From the NCBI GenBank assembly GCA_963771075.1, contig CAVYSE010000018.1, forward strand, positions 64,001-128,000: a DNA stretch of 64,000 bases. Direction: 5' to 3'. Within the stretch, counting starts at the first letter, position 1. The number at the start of each line of letters is the position of its first letter. Shown in pieces: positions 38,843-50,209 of this stretch. Under the pieces are notes generated by a model. That model was not told the DNA's origin. It was given only the letters and a program-made list of their open reading frames with translations, and made no database searches. This stretch comes from a candidate division FCPU426 bacterium (GTDB lineage: Bacteria > Oederibacteriota > Muellerivitia > Muellerivitales > Muellerivitaceae). The translations under genes were made by a program, and so were the position numbers.

Positions 38843-38889
38843 TTGACGATTCTTATTCATTGAGTAAAATTACTCAATGCATTGAGTAA
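38843..38889 (+). promoter_or_regulatory. Promoter with triple alternating 10-mer operator
   Basis: TTGACG-16-TAAAAT; CATTGAGTAA-AA-TTACTCAATG-CATTGAGTAA (38858-38889). Confidence 0.65.
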
Positions 38890-38905
38890 TATGTAAAGGC
38901 GTCCC

Positions 38906-40108
38906 ATGTACCAAAGACCCCAGGCGGAAACCCTCAAAAACCGGTTGGAGGAAAAACGCCGGTTCATCCAGGTTTTGTCCGGCCCCCGGCAGGTGGGCAA
39001 GACCACCTTGGTGGAGCAGGTCATGAAATCAATCCATGCCCCCCATCTTTACGTTTCAGCCGACCAGCCCGCCCTTCGTGACCCCCTTTGGATCCAGAAG
39101 CAGTGGGACCACGCCCGGCTATTGGCGGGGGAAAAGAAAGGGACCGGGGCGGTTTTGATCCTCGATGAGGTACAGAAAGCGGGGGATTGGCCTGAAATCG
39201 TCAAGCGCTTGTGGGATGAGGATACGGCGGACCGCAGGCCCCTCAAGGTGGTCCTCCTGGGTTCCGCGCCGCTTTTGATCCAGAAAGGCCTGACCGAAAG
39301 TCTCGCGGGCAGGTTTGAGACGATTCCGATGACCCATTGGTCCTATGGCGAGATGAAAAAAGCTTTTGGCTGGTCGTTGGATCAGTTTATCTATTATGGC
39401 GGGTACCCCGGCTCCGCTTCCCTCATCAGCGATCCGGAAAGATGGACCCGGTATATCCAAGATTCCATGATTGAGACGACCCTCTCCCGTGACGTCCTAT
39501 TATTAACGAGGGTCGACAAGCCCGCCCTCTTGAGGCGGCTGTTTCAGTTGGGCTGCGAGTATTCAGGCCAGATACTTTCGTACCAGAAAATGGTGGGGCA
39601 ACTGCAGGACGCGGGGAACACCACCACCCTGGCCCATTACGTGGAACTGCTGTCGAAGGTCGGCATGCTGACGGGGCTTTCCAAATACGCCGGCCAGAAA
39701 GTCAGGCAAAGAGGTTCCATCCCGAAATGGCAGGTTTTGAACGCCGCCCTCTTCTCCGTCAGCCAGGATCTCGCCTTCGACGATGCCCGGAAAGATCCGA
39801 AAGCCTGGGGCCGATGGGTGGAATCGGCGGTGGGGGCCCACCTGGTCAACGGTTGTCTTGGAACGGAAATGGAAATATTTTATTGGCGTGAGCGAAACCA
39901 GGAAGTGGACTTCGTCGTAAAGAAAGGAAAGGAATTAACCGCCATCGAGGTGAAAAGCGGTTTGCGTAAACCCTTTTTGCCCGGTCTCGAGGCCTTTGCC
40001 AAGGCTTTTAAGCCTAAACGAACCTTAAGGGTGGGAAGCCGGGGAATACCCTTTGAGGAGTTCCTGGAAAAACCGACGGCTTATTGGGCGGGCCAGCCAA
40101 AGAAATAA
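38906..40108 (+). CDS. AAA_14 ATPase with DUF4143 domain
   Basis: GPRQVGKTT, ILDEVQ, LGSA, YWRE...EVDF...IEVKS. Confidence 0.9.
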   Translation: MYQRPQAETLKNRLEEKRRFIQVLSGPRQVGKTTLVEQVMKSIHAPHLYVSADQPALRDPLWIQKQWDHARLLAGEKKGTGAVLILDEVQKAGDWPEIVKRLWDEDTADRRPLKVVLLGSAPLLIQKGLTESLAGRFETIPMTHWSYGEMKKAFGWSLDQFIYYGGYPGSASLISDPERWTRYIQDSMIETTLSRDVLLLTRVDKPALLRRLFQLGCEYSGQILSYQKMVGQLQDAGNTTTLAHYVELLSKVGMLTGLSKYAGQKVRQRGSIPKWQVLNAALFSVSQDLAFDDARKDPKAWGRWVESAVGAHLVNGCLGTEMEIFYWRERNQEVDFVVKKGKELTAIEVKSGLRKPFLPGLEAFAKAFKPKRTLRVGSRGIPFEEFLEKPTAYWAGQPKK

Positions 40109-40154
40109 CAGGGCCCTTCCTCGACCTCCCGAAAAGAAATTTTCCTTCCTCCGA

Positions 40155-40200
40155 GGGGTCAGGCTCCCTTTTCCGTTTTTGGTACCCGGCCCCGGAGGGG
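40155..40200 (+). repeat. Boundary repeat
   Basis: GGGGTCAGGCTCCCTTTTCCGTTTTTGGTACCCGGCCCCGGAGGGG. Confidence 0.72.
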
Positions 40201-40304
40201 TTACCGGGAGGCTAACCCGGGGAGAAGCGATGGTCCCCAGCCATCGATCCCTTGGATGCGAATGTAATGTACAAAAAATATTACTATATGTACAATGCGT
40301 TGTC

Positions 40305-41465
40305 ATGATTTCAAGGCCCTTTTTTACCGATCTGATTGAGAAGGCGTGGAAGCGCCGGTCCCTGGTCTGGCTCAAGGGCGTCCGCCGGGCCGGGAAGACC
40401 ACGCTCGCCAAAAGCCTGCCGGAGATAAGGTATTTCGATTGCGAATTGCCCCGCACGGCCGATGCCCTGAAAGATCCGGAGGGGTTCTTTGAAGGCTTGA
40501 GGGGAAAAAGGATTGTCTTGGACGAGATACACCGCCTCGCCGATCCCTCCAATGTGCTCAAGGTGGCCACGGACCATTACCCGACGGTGAAGGTCCTCGC
40601 GACGGGGTCCTCGACGCTGGGGGTTTCCGCCAAGTTCAAGGATTCGCTCACGGGACGGAAAACCGAGGTCTTTCTTTCCCCGGTCATCGAGCCGGAACGG
40701 GCCGCCTTCGGGGCCCCTTCCCTGGAGGATCGCCTGCTCAAGGGGGGGCTTCCGGCCTTCCTGCGGCAAGACACCCCCCCGCCCGGCGAATTCGAGGAAT
40801 GGCTGGATTCCTATTTCGCCAGGGACGTGATGGAACTGTTCCGCACGGGAAAACGCGCCTCCTTTTTGCGGTTCGCCAAACTCCTGTTCGCCCGCTCGGG
40901 GGGCATCTTCGACGCCAGCCGTTACGGCCGGGAATGCGAGGCGGACCGCCGCACGATCGCGAATTACCTGGCGATCCTGGAGGAGACCCAGGTCTTCCAC
41001 GTCTTGCGCCCTTACAGCACCCACCGGCCCACGGAAATCGTGTCCGCCCCCAAGGTGTACGGTTTCGACACGGGTTTCGTCTGCCATTACCGTGGCTGGA
41101 CCCAGTTGCGGTCCGACGACATGGGCCTTTTGTGGGAACACTATGTCCTCAACGAGCTTCAGGCCCGCCTGCGGACCCGGCAGGTCCAATATTGGCGAGA
41201 CAAGCAGGAAAGGGAGGTGGACCTGGTCTGGGCCCCGGCGGGCAAGAAAATCACGGCGATCGAGTGCAAATGGTCCGCCGCCAACGCGGAAACTTCCAAC
41301 CTCGAGATATTCGCCGGGCATTATCCCGGGAGCCGGCTGGCCGTGGTCTCGCGCGACGTGGGACACCCTTACCGCCGCAAATCCCACGGCGTTGAGATTG
41401 ATTATTTGGGGTTGGAAAGCCTGGTCCAATTGCTGGCCGGATCAAAAGACGGGAAGGTCGCTTAA
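40305..41465 (+). CDS. AAA_14 ATPase with DUF4143 domain
   Basis: GVRRAGKTT, VLDEIH, ATGSS, PKVYGFDTG, YWRD...EVDL...IECK. Confidence 0.9.
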   Translation: MISRPFFTDLIEKAWKRRSLVWLKGVRRAGKTTLAKSLPEIRYFDCELPRTADALKDPEGFFEGLRGKRIVLDEIHRLADPSNVLKVATDHYPTVKVLATGSSTLGVSAKFKDSLTGRKTEVFLSPVIEPERAAFGAPSLEDRLLKGGLPAFLRQDTPPPGEFEEWLDSYFARDVMELFRTGKRASFLRFAKLLFARSGGIFDASRYGRECEADRRTIANYLAILEETQVFHVLRPYSTHRPTEIVSAPKVYGFDTGFVCHYRGWTQLRSDDMGLLWEHYVLNELQARLRTRQVQYWRDKQEREVDLVWAPAGKKITAIECKWSAANAETSNLEIFAGHYPGSRLAVVSRDVGHPYRRKSHGVEIDYLGLESLVQLLAGSKDGKVA

Positions 41466-41532
41466 AATGATTAAAGCGATGGCCTTGCGCCCTGACTTCG
41501 AGAACCGGCGGATAAATAAATTGCGCAACCTC

Positions 41533-42099
41533 ATGAAAAAAATCCTCATCCCCCTTTTTCCCTGCCTCGGGATGGCTTTGATATTCGAACTGTGTTATTT
41601 CATGTCGGTTTACCAGGGTCGGCCCCCCGCGAAACCCCTTTACGATTGCGTGCTGGTCTATGGGGGGTATGTGAATCGCACCCGGATGGGTTTGATGCTG
41701 GCGGATACGCGCCATATCCCGATCTTCCTGTCCGAAGCTTACGGCGGGCCGGAGCAAGTGCAAAAACTTTTCGGAAAAATTTCATCGCCCATCGTGGTGG
41801 ACCACTACGCCCGCACCACCGACCAGAACGCCCGCAACGCCGTGAAGTTCATGGAAGAGGGCGGGTTCCATCACGCGGCGCTGGTGACCAACTGGTACCA
41901 CCAGCCCCGGGCTCTCCTCCTCACCCGGATGTACCTTTTGGGAAAAGAGGTCGAAGTGCAACCCTATTTCTTCGAGAAGGTACCCGTCTTTTGGGAAAAA
42001 GAACCTGATTTTTGGTTTGAGATGGTGAAGATTTGGGGTAGCCTGGCGCGTGTGATGCTGCATTGGGTCCATTACGACAAACCTGTGTTTCATCAATGA
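41533..42099 (+). CDS. YdcF/DUF218 (ElyC/SanA-like) protein
   Basis: TM + VLVYGG, ARTTDQNA, LVTNWYHQPRA. Confidence 0.8.
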   Translation: MKKILIPLFPCLGMALIFELCYFMSVYQGRPPAKPLYDCVLVYGGYVNRTRMGLMLADTRHIPIFLSEAYGGPEQVQKLFGKISSPIVVDHYARTTDQNARNAVKFMEEGGFHHAALVTNWYHQPRALLLTRMYLLGKEVEVQPYFFEKVPVFWEKEPDFWFEMVKIWGSLARVMLHWVHYDKPVFHQ

Positions 42100-42125
42100 A
42101 GAAATAATTCCGGGAGGGATTCACC

Positions 42126-42983
42126 ATGAAAATCGCAGTGATTGGCGCCTCGGGCATGTTGGGCACCCGGATGGTCGAAGTCTTGGAATCCAACGGCCAT
42201 GAGGCCTTGACCGCCGACCTGCCGGTGCTGGATATCACCGACCCCGCCATGCTGGCCCGCTTCTTCGCCACCCAGGATTTCGATGGGCTCATCAACTGCG
42301 CCGCCTTCACCGCCGTGGACGCCTGCGAGGTCCGGGCCCAAAGGCCGACCGTGATGAAAGTGAACGGGGAAGCGGTTGGGAATATGGCCAACCTTTGCCG
42401 GGAAGCACGCCGTTGGATGATCCACATCTCCACCGACTACGTCTTCAACGGCAGGGGCGAACGCCCTTGGAAGGAAGTAGACGCGCCCGACCCGGTGAAC
42501 GCCTACGGAAGGTCGAAGCTGGAAGGCGAGCGACTTTTCCACCTGGCCGGCGACCCGGGATGGATCGTGCGCACCAGCTGGCTTTACGGACCCAAGGGCA
42601 AAAACTTTGTCCGCGCCATGGCGGGCTTGCTGAGAACCAAATCCCAAGTGGAGGTGGTGGACGACCAGACGGGCGGGCCCACCTTCACGGGAGACCTGGC
42701 GAACTTCCTCCTGAAAATGGCCGAGGCCCAACCCCCGATGGGGACTTACCATTACGCCAACGAGGGCCATGTGACTTGGTGCGGTTTCACCCGGGCGATT
42801 AAGGAAGAGTTGGGGCTGACCTCCTGCGAGGTGGTCCCGGTCACCAGCGACCGCTTTCCACGCCCGGCCCGGCGGCCCGCCAACTCCCGGTTCGACCTGT
42901 CCAAGGCCCGGGCCTTCTTCCCGAAGGGGATGCGCCCCTGGCGCGAGGCCTTGAGGGAATACCTGGCAATGGAAAAGCTTTAA
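42126..42983 (+). CDS. rfbD: dTDP-4-dehydrorhamnose reductase
   Basis: GASGMLG, AAFTAVD, HISTDYVF, YGRSK, VVDDQ. Confidence 0.95.
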   Translation: MKIAVIGASGMLGTRMVEVLESNGHEALTADLPVLDITDPAMLARFFATQDFDGLINCAAFTAVDACEVRAQRPTVMKVNGEAVGNMANLCREARRWMIHISTDYVFNGRGERPWKEVDAPDPVNAYGRSKLEGERLFHLAGDPGWIVRTSWLYGPKGKNFVRAMAGLLRTKSQVEVVDDQTGGPTFTGDLANFLLKMAEAQPPMGTYHYANEGHVTWCGFTRAIKEELGLTSCEVVPVTSDRFPRPARRPANSRFDLSKARAFFPKGMRPWREALREYLAMEKL

Positions 42984-43119
42984 TTAAATCACGAAAGTGG
43001 AATTTCATGAATTCCAGCCTTTTTAGCCCCTTCTAAACCCTGATTGGGGAAAATCTTTATAGTAAACTAAGCCTGTTTCCGCGTGTTTATCCATGAATTC
43101 CCGTTGGGCCTGGAATTGA

Positions 43120-46100
43120 ATGACCTCAATTAATAAAACCCTTCTCGTATTGATCCTTCTTTTCGCGCCCTCCCTTGATTTTGCTTTTTCCCTGAATCAA
43201 GGCGCCGGGTTGGTCATCGGGTTCAAAACTTTCACCCAACGAAACCCGAACGCCTCGGATGCCCTTGCCGATACCCTGGACGCTCCTCAAAAAATCTTCA
43301 GCGATGGGTCCCACCTCTATGTCGCGGATACGGCCAACAACCGGGTTTTGATCTATAACACCCTACCCGCGAGCTTGAATATCCCGGCGGATGAGGTGTT
43401 GGGCCAATGTGACCCCGAATACGGGGGAGGGGGCCAATGAAGGTTTGGCGCCCCCCCAGGCCTATACTTTAAGCTCTCCCGAGGGGGTCTTCAGCGACGG
43501 GGCCCACCTTTTTATCGCGGATACGGGGAACAACCGGGTTTTGATCTACAACACACCGCTTCCCACCACCAACCAATCCGCGGACGTGGAGTTAGGCCAA
43601 ACCAGCTTCACCACCCATACCGCCTCTTCACCCACCTCCTTCACGATGAACCAGCCGATGGGGGTTTATAGCGATGGGACCCGGCTCTATGTGGCCGATT
43701 CGGGCAATAACCGGGTGCTGATGTTTTCCACGATCCCCACCCTGAGCCATACAGCCGCCACTTACGTTTGGGGCCAAACCACGATGAACCTCAAAACGGT
43801 CCCCTCATCCCCTACCAGCTTGACGATGACTTCGCCACGGGATATTTGCGGGTCGGGCACCACCCTCGTGGTCGCGGATTATTTCAACAACCGGGTCCTG
43901 GTTTTTAACACGATCCCCGCGGGAAATACCCCGGCCGCCGACGAGGAGATCGGACAGCCCGACATGCTCTCCAACGGGGCCAATCAAAACGGAAACCCCA
44001 CTTCCATCACCTTGTATAATCCCGCCGCCTTAGGCTTCAGCGCCGGCAATCTTTACGTGGCGGATAAAAATAACAACCGGGTACTCCTTTACAACGGCAT
44101 CCCCTCCGCCAATGGGGCTTCGGCAAACCTGGTGGTGGGCCAGCCCGACATGGGCACGACCCAGGTGAACACCGGCGGCATCGGCCCGGGGAGTTTAAAC
44201 TCACCCCTGGGTGTCTGCGGAGACGCCTCCAATTTGTACGTCAGCGATTCAGGCAACAACCGGCTCCTGATATTCAACGGTATACCCTCCGGCAATAATC
44301 CTTCGGCGAACCTGCCCCTGGGCCAGGGAGACCTTTACAGCGGCCTCATCAACCGGGACGCCGGCAACCCGATGAACAGCCTGTATTTCCCGACGGGAAC
44401 CTACTACGACGGCCACCAACTTTTCCTGGCGGACAACCAGAACAGCCGGATCCTGGTTTACAACTCGATCCCCACCCAAAATGACGTATCGGCGGATTAT
44501 TTCATCGGGGGCCCCGGGGCGGGGGTGACCAACGGGTTGGTCATGGACAACCCGGGAGGCGTCTTCAGCGACGGGGCCACCTTGTTCGTCGCGGATACCG
44601 GTTACAACCGGATCCTGGTCTACAGCCCGATCCCCTCGAACTCCACCGTCGCGCCGAATTTTATCATCGGCCAACCCGATTATTTCACCGGGACCGCCAA
44701 CACGGGGGGCGCCTCGTCCCAATCCCTCAGCACGCCCTACCATGTCTTTGAGGCGGGGGGGAAACTTTTTGTGGCGGATTCGGGCAACAACCGGGTTCTG
44801 ATTTACAACAGCCTGCCGTCGGGTTTTGGCGCTTCCGCGGACGTGGAAATCGGCCAGCCCAACATGACCACCGTCACGGCCAATACGGGAGGGCTGAGCG
44901 CCCAATCCCTGTCCCTTCCCGCGAATGTTTTCTCGGACGGGACCCGGTTGTTCGTCGCCGACGTCGGCAATAACCGGGTATTGATCTTTAACAGCATTCC
45001 CGTGACCCAAAACGCGGCGGCCGATGTCGTGATCGGCCAACCCAATATGACCACCGCCACCGCCAGCGCGCCGGCATCCTTCAGCCTGAGTTCACCCGCA
45101 GGGGTATGGGGGGACGGGACCCGCCTCTTCGTTTCCGATTACGGCAACAACCGGGTTTTGGTCTATAACTCCATCCCGGTTACGAACAATACCCCCGCCG
45201 ACCAGGTGCTGGGCCAGGCCGATTTCGTGAGCGGCGGAGCCAACCGGGGAAGCTGTATCGGGCCCAACACCCTCTATCATCCCTGGGCGGTCGCCCAGGC
45301 GGGAACCCAATTCCTGGTGTCCGATAATACCAATCACCGGGTTTTGATTTTTCAGGATACCCCGATGCCGACCGCCACTCCCACCAACACTTTCGTGTTG
45401 TCGCCGACCCCTTCCTCCACCGGTACCCCGACTTCCACCCCGACATCCACCTTCACTTCCGCGATGACCTCCCTTCCTACCTCCACCCCGGGGCCTGGAA
45501 GCGTGCTTGGAAATTTAGGCGCCGACCAGTTCGTCAGCGCGGTCGCGGTATCGGGCAACACGGTCTATATAGGAGGCGCTTTCCAGAAAATCGGAATCAA
45601 GGTGGGGCAGGGGGCGGCGCTCGACCCGACGAACGGAACACCCCTCCCCAATTCCGCGCCGGTTTCCGGCACCCGGATCAACGCGGTCATAAGCGACGGA
45701 TCGGGCGGCTGGTATATCGGGGGGGATTTCACCTGCGTGCAGGGGATGCCGATCTCCTACCTCGCCCATATCCTCCCCGGCGGGAACCTGGATACGAACT
45801 TTAATCCCCCGGCGCTTTCTTACCCGCTCTATGCCCTCGCCCTTTCGGGAAACACCCTTTATTTTGGAGGGCAATTTTTCTACGTCGGGGCTTCGAGCCG
45901 AAACAACGTGGCCGCGGTCAATGCCACGACGGGAGCCCTCCTCCCCTGGAACCCGGGAACGAACGGGACGGTCAACGCCCTGGCGGTTTCGGGCAGTACG
46001 GTTTACATCGGGGGAAGCTTCACCCAGGTGGCGTCGACCACCCGTAATTACGGCGGCGCGGTGGACGCTTCCTCGGGCGCCCTTCTTTCATGGAACCCCA

Positions 46101-49100
46101 ACCTCAATTCCTACATCGCCGCCATCGCGGTGGGGGCGGGTTCCGTCTATATCGGGGGAAGTTTCACGACGATCAACGGGGGAACCGCCCAAAATTACAT
46201 CGCGGCCGTGGACCCGGCCACGGGCGCGCCGCAGGCCTTTAACCCGAACCCCAATGGGACGGTGTACGGCCTTTTGATCTCAGGCACGACCCTCTACGCG
46301 GGCGGCAGTTTTAACCTGGTCGGGGCTACGAACCGGAATTACCTTGCCTCCTGGGACACGGGAACGGGAACCCTTCAGGCCTGGAACCCCAATTGCAATG
46401 GGCAGGTCCAATCCCTGGATGTTTCCGGGTCGTCGATCTATGTGGCGGGAGGGTTCGCGACGATCGGGGGCGCGGCCCGCGCGAACCTGGCGGCGGTCGA
46501 CGCGACCAGCGGAGCGGTTTTGGCCTGGAATCCCAACTCGAATTCAACGGCCTACGCGGTGGCGGTTTCAGGCGGGAACGTCTATGTGGGCGGGGGATTC
46601 ACCCTCATGGGGGCGGTGACCCGAAACCACGTGGCGGCCATCGATATCCCCTCGGGAACGCTTTTGAGCTGGAACCCCGACGCGGATGAGCAGGTTACCG
46701 CCCTGGCCGTTTCCGGCAGCACGGTTTATATCGGCGGTTTTTTCATCCATATCAATGGCACGGTCGCCCGCAATTATTTGGCCTCGGTCGATACCCTTTC
46801 CGGTTCCGCCCGGCCCTTTAATCCCAACCTCAATTACAATCCTTACTCGCTGATCGTTTCGGGGACGACCCTCTATGTCGCGGGTAATTTTTCCCTTTGC
46901 GGGTCCACCACCCGCAACAACCTGGCCGCGGTGGACTCCACGTCGGGTTCCCTTCTCTCGTGGAACCCCAACGCGAACAATATCGTTTACGGTCTCGCCC
47001 AGTCGGGCTCGACGATCTACGCCGGGGGCAATTTTACGGCGATGAACGGGGGTACGACCCGCAATTACCTCGCGGCAGTGGACGGCACCACCGGCAACTT
47101 ACTGCCTTGGAACCCGAACCCCAATTCTTACGTGAACGTTTTGACCGCTTCCGGGAACCGGGTCTACGCGGGCGGATGGTTCACCACGATGAATGGAGGC
47201 ACCCCCCAAAGTTACCTCGCGGCCTTGGACGGGACGACGGGGACGGACCTGGCCTGGAATCCCAACCCCAACAACGCGGTGGATGCCCTGGCCCTTTCCG
47301 GCGGGGTCCTGTACACGGGCGGTGTTTTTACAGCGATCGGGGGCGCATCCAGGAGCATGATGGCCGCCTTGGACGCGGCCTCTGGAACAGCGCTTTCATG
47401 GACCGCGAACACGAACATTCAGGTATCCTCGATTGCCCTTTCGCCGGGAAATGTATTCATGGGCGGGGATTTCACGGCTTTTGGATGTTTGCCCGCCTAT
47501 TATTACGGCCAGATCGGGGCCGCTCCCACGGCCACCATAACTTCCACCGTTACCTCAACGTCCACGCCCACCGCCACTTCCACCTCCACGCCCACACCTA
47601 GCCCGACTTACTCACCTACCCAAACACCGACTATTACATCCACTTGGACACCCACGACGACTGCCACGATCACCCCCGACCCTTCCGATACGGTCTCCTC
47701 CACCTCCACTATCACCTTAACACCCACGGTTACCGATACTTACACCAACACCATTACCAATAGCCCGACCATTACGGAAACCCCGACCGTCACCTTAACA
47801 CCCACTTCCACGGATACTTACACGAGCACGATTACCCTGTCCCCGACTGGAACCGTAACACCTACGATTTCCGATACACCCACTAACACCAACACCATTA
47901 CGAATAGCCCGACAATCACGGATACCCCGACCGGTACGAACACGGTCACCACCAGCCCGACCTATACGAATACGGTTACGAACAGCTCGACTATTACCGA
48001 CACTCCAACCAACACCAATACGATCACTTTGACACCCACGATTTCCGATACACCCACGCAAACAAACACTATTACGAATAGCCCAACGATCACGGATACG
48101 CCGACTGGCACGAATACGATCACCAGCAGCCCGACCTATACAGATACGGTGACCAATACCCCGACCATTACCGACACTCCAACCAACACCAATACGATCA
48201 CTTTGACACCCACGATTTCCGATACGCTAACCCAAACCAACACGATTACGAATAGCCCGACGATCACGGATACCCCGACCAACACGAACACGATCACCAG
48301 CAGCCCGACCTATACAGATACGGTGACCAATACCCCGACCATTACCGACAGTCCTACCAACACCAATACGATCACATTGACACCCACGATTTCCGATACG
48401 CCAACCCAAACCAACACGATTACGAATAGCCCGACGATCACGGATACACCGACCGGTACGAACACGGTCACCACCAGCCCGACCTATACGAATACGGTCA
48501 CGAACAGCCCGACCATCACCGACACTCCAACCAACACCAATACGATCACCCTGTCCCCGACTGGGACCTTGACACCCACTATTTCTAATACACCTACCCA
48601 AACCAACACGATTACGAATAGCCCGACGATCACGGATACCCCGACCAATACGAATACGATCACCAGCACCCCGACCTATACCGATACAGTCACGAACAGC
48701 CCGACCATTACCGACACTCCCACCAGCACCAATACGATCACCCTGTCCCCGACTGGGACCTTGACACCCACTATTTCTGATACACCTACCCAAACCAACA
48801 CGATTACGAATAGCCCAACGATCACGGATACCCCGACCAACACGAACACGATCACCAGCACCCCGACCTATACCGATACAGTCACGAACAGCCCGACCAA
48901 TACCGACACTCCAACCAACACCAATACGATCACCCTGTCCCCGACTGGGACCTTGACACCCACTATTTCTGATACACCAACTACCACCAACACCATTACG
49001 AATAGCCCAACGATCACGGATACCCCGACCAATACGAATACGATCACCAGCACCCCGACCTATACGGACACGGTGACTAATACTCCGACCATTACCGACA

Positions 49101-50209
49101 GCCCCACAAGCACCAATACGATCACCCTGTCCCCGACTGGGACCTTGACACCCACTATTTCTGATACACCAACTACCACCAACACCATTACGAATAGCCC
49201 AACGATCACGGATACCCCGACCAATACGAATACGATCACCAGCACCCCGACCTATACGGACACGGTGACTAATACTCCGACCATTACCGACAGCCCCACA
49301 AGCACCAATACGATCACCCTGTCCCCGACTGGGACCCTGACACCCACGATTTCCGATACGCCTACCCAAACCAACACCATTACCAATAGCCCGATAATCA
49401 CGGATACACCGACCCCTTCCTTCTCCCCGACCGGTACTTCCTCGCAAACGCCGGTTTTCACGGACACGATTACCCTGACCCCGAGCTATACCTGGACTAA
49501 TACCCCCATCAATACCGTTACCTATACCGTTACGGCAACGGAAACCCCCACTTCCAGCCTAACCACCACACCTTCCAGTACCGAAACCCCAACGCCTAGC
49601 CTCACCAGCACGCCTACCCCCACTCCCCCCAACACCCCCACAGATAGCCTCACCCCCACGATGACATTCACCGGGACATTCACGCCCACAAGCACCCCGA
49701 CGGCCTCTTTGACCTCCACTGCCACGCCATCCGAAACCGGAACCCTCACCTTGTCTCCCACCGAGACTTGGACCCCTTCGGATACCCTCACGCCAACCGA
49801 ATCGCCCACGGTCACTATCACCGCAACCTTTACCCCCTCCCCCACATTGACCCTCACCCCCACGATCACCCAATCTCCCACCGTGACCCTTTCCCCCACC
49901 CCGACGCCGACCTTGGGCACCGGTTCCTACCTTTATTTGAGCGCGAACCGTTTCAATGTGTTATCCGACCCGCCCCTGCGCGTGGATTGCGGGACCTTGA
50001 ACGGCGGCGACCTCCAATTGCGGGTTTACAACGCGGTCGGAGCCACCATCCGGCATCTTTATTCGGGAAACCAGCCATCCGGGGGCTTCAGCCTTTATTG
50101 GGACGGCCTGGACGATAACGGGCAGGCGGCCTCGACCGGTTTGTACCTCGTCGCCCTGATCGAAACCTCGCAGACTCAGATCAAAAAAGTCGTGGTGGTG
50201 AAACAGTGA
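43120..50209 (+). CDS. Giant secreted protein: signal peptide, NHL repeats, WNPN beta-propeller repeats, Thr/Pro/Ser stalk, C-terminal FlgD-Ig/T9SS-CTD-like domain; +1 frameshift near 43415
   Basis: ADxGNNRVLIYN repeats in both ORFs 43120 and 43391; LRVYNAVG...YWDGLDDNGQAASTGLY...KKVVVVK. Confidence 0.82.
47530..49915 (+). repeat. Thr-rich coding tandem repeats (about 192-bp higher-order unit)
   Basis: TNTITNSPTITDTP units; antisense ORFs recur every 192 bp from 48484 to 49252. Confidence 0.9.

Noticed and set aside
37707..41429. Long antisense ORFs over fcl and the AAA genes (also over pyrD and pyrF)
   Set aside because: Typical GC-rich shadow frames with no motifs, overlapping well-supported genes
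23605..41465. Classical integron explaining the TA cassettes
   Set aside because: No tyrosine integrase in the window and no recognisable attC sites
41092..41532. N-terminal extension of the YdcF ORF
   Set aside because: Overlaps the AAA gene; the recognisable protein starts at 41533
48227..49920. Long antisense ORFs with Gly/Arg/Val repeats
   Set aside because: Shadows of the Thr-rich repeat on the + strand
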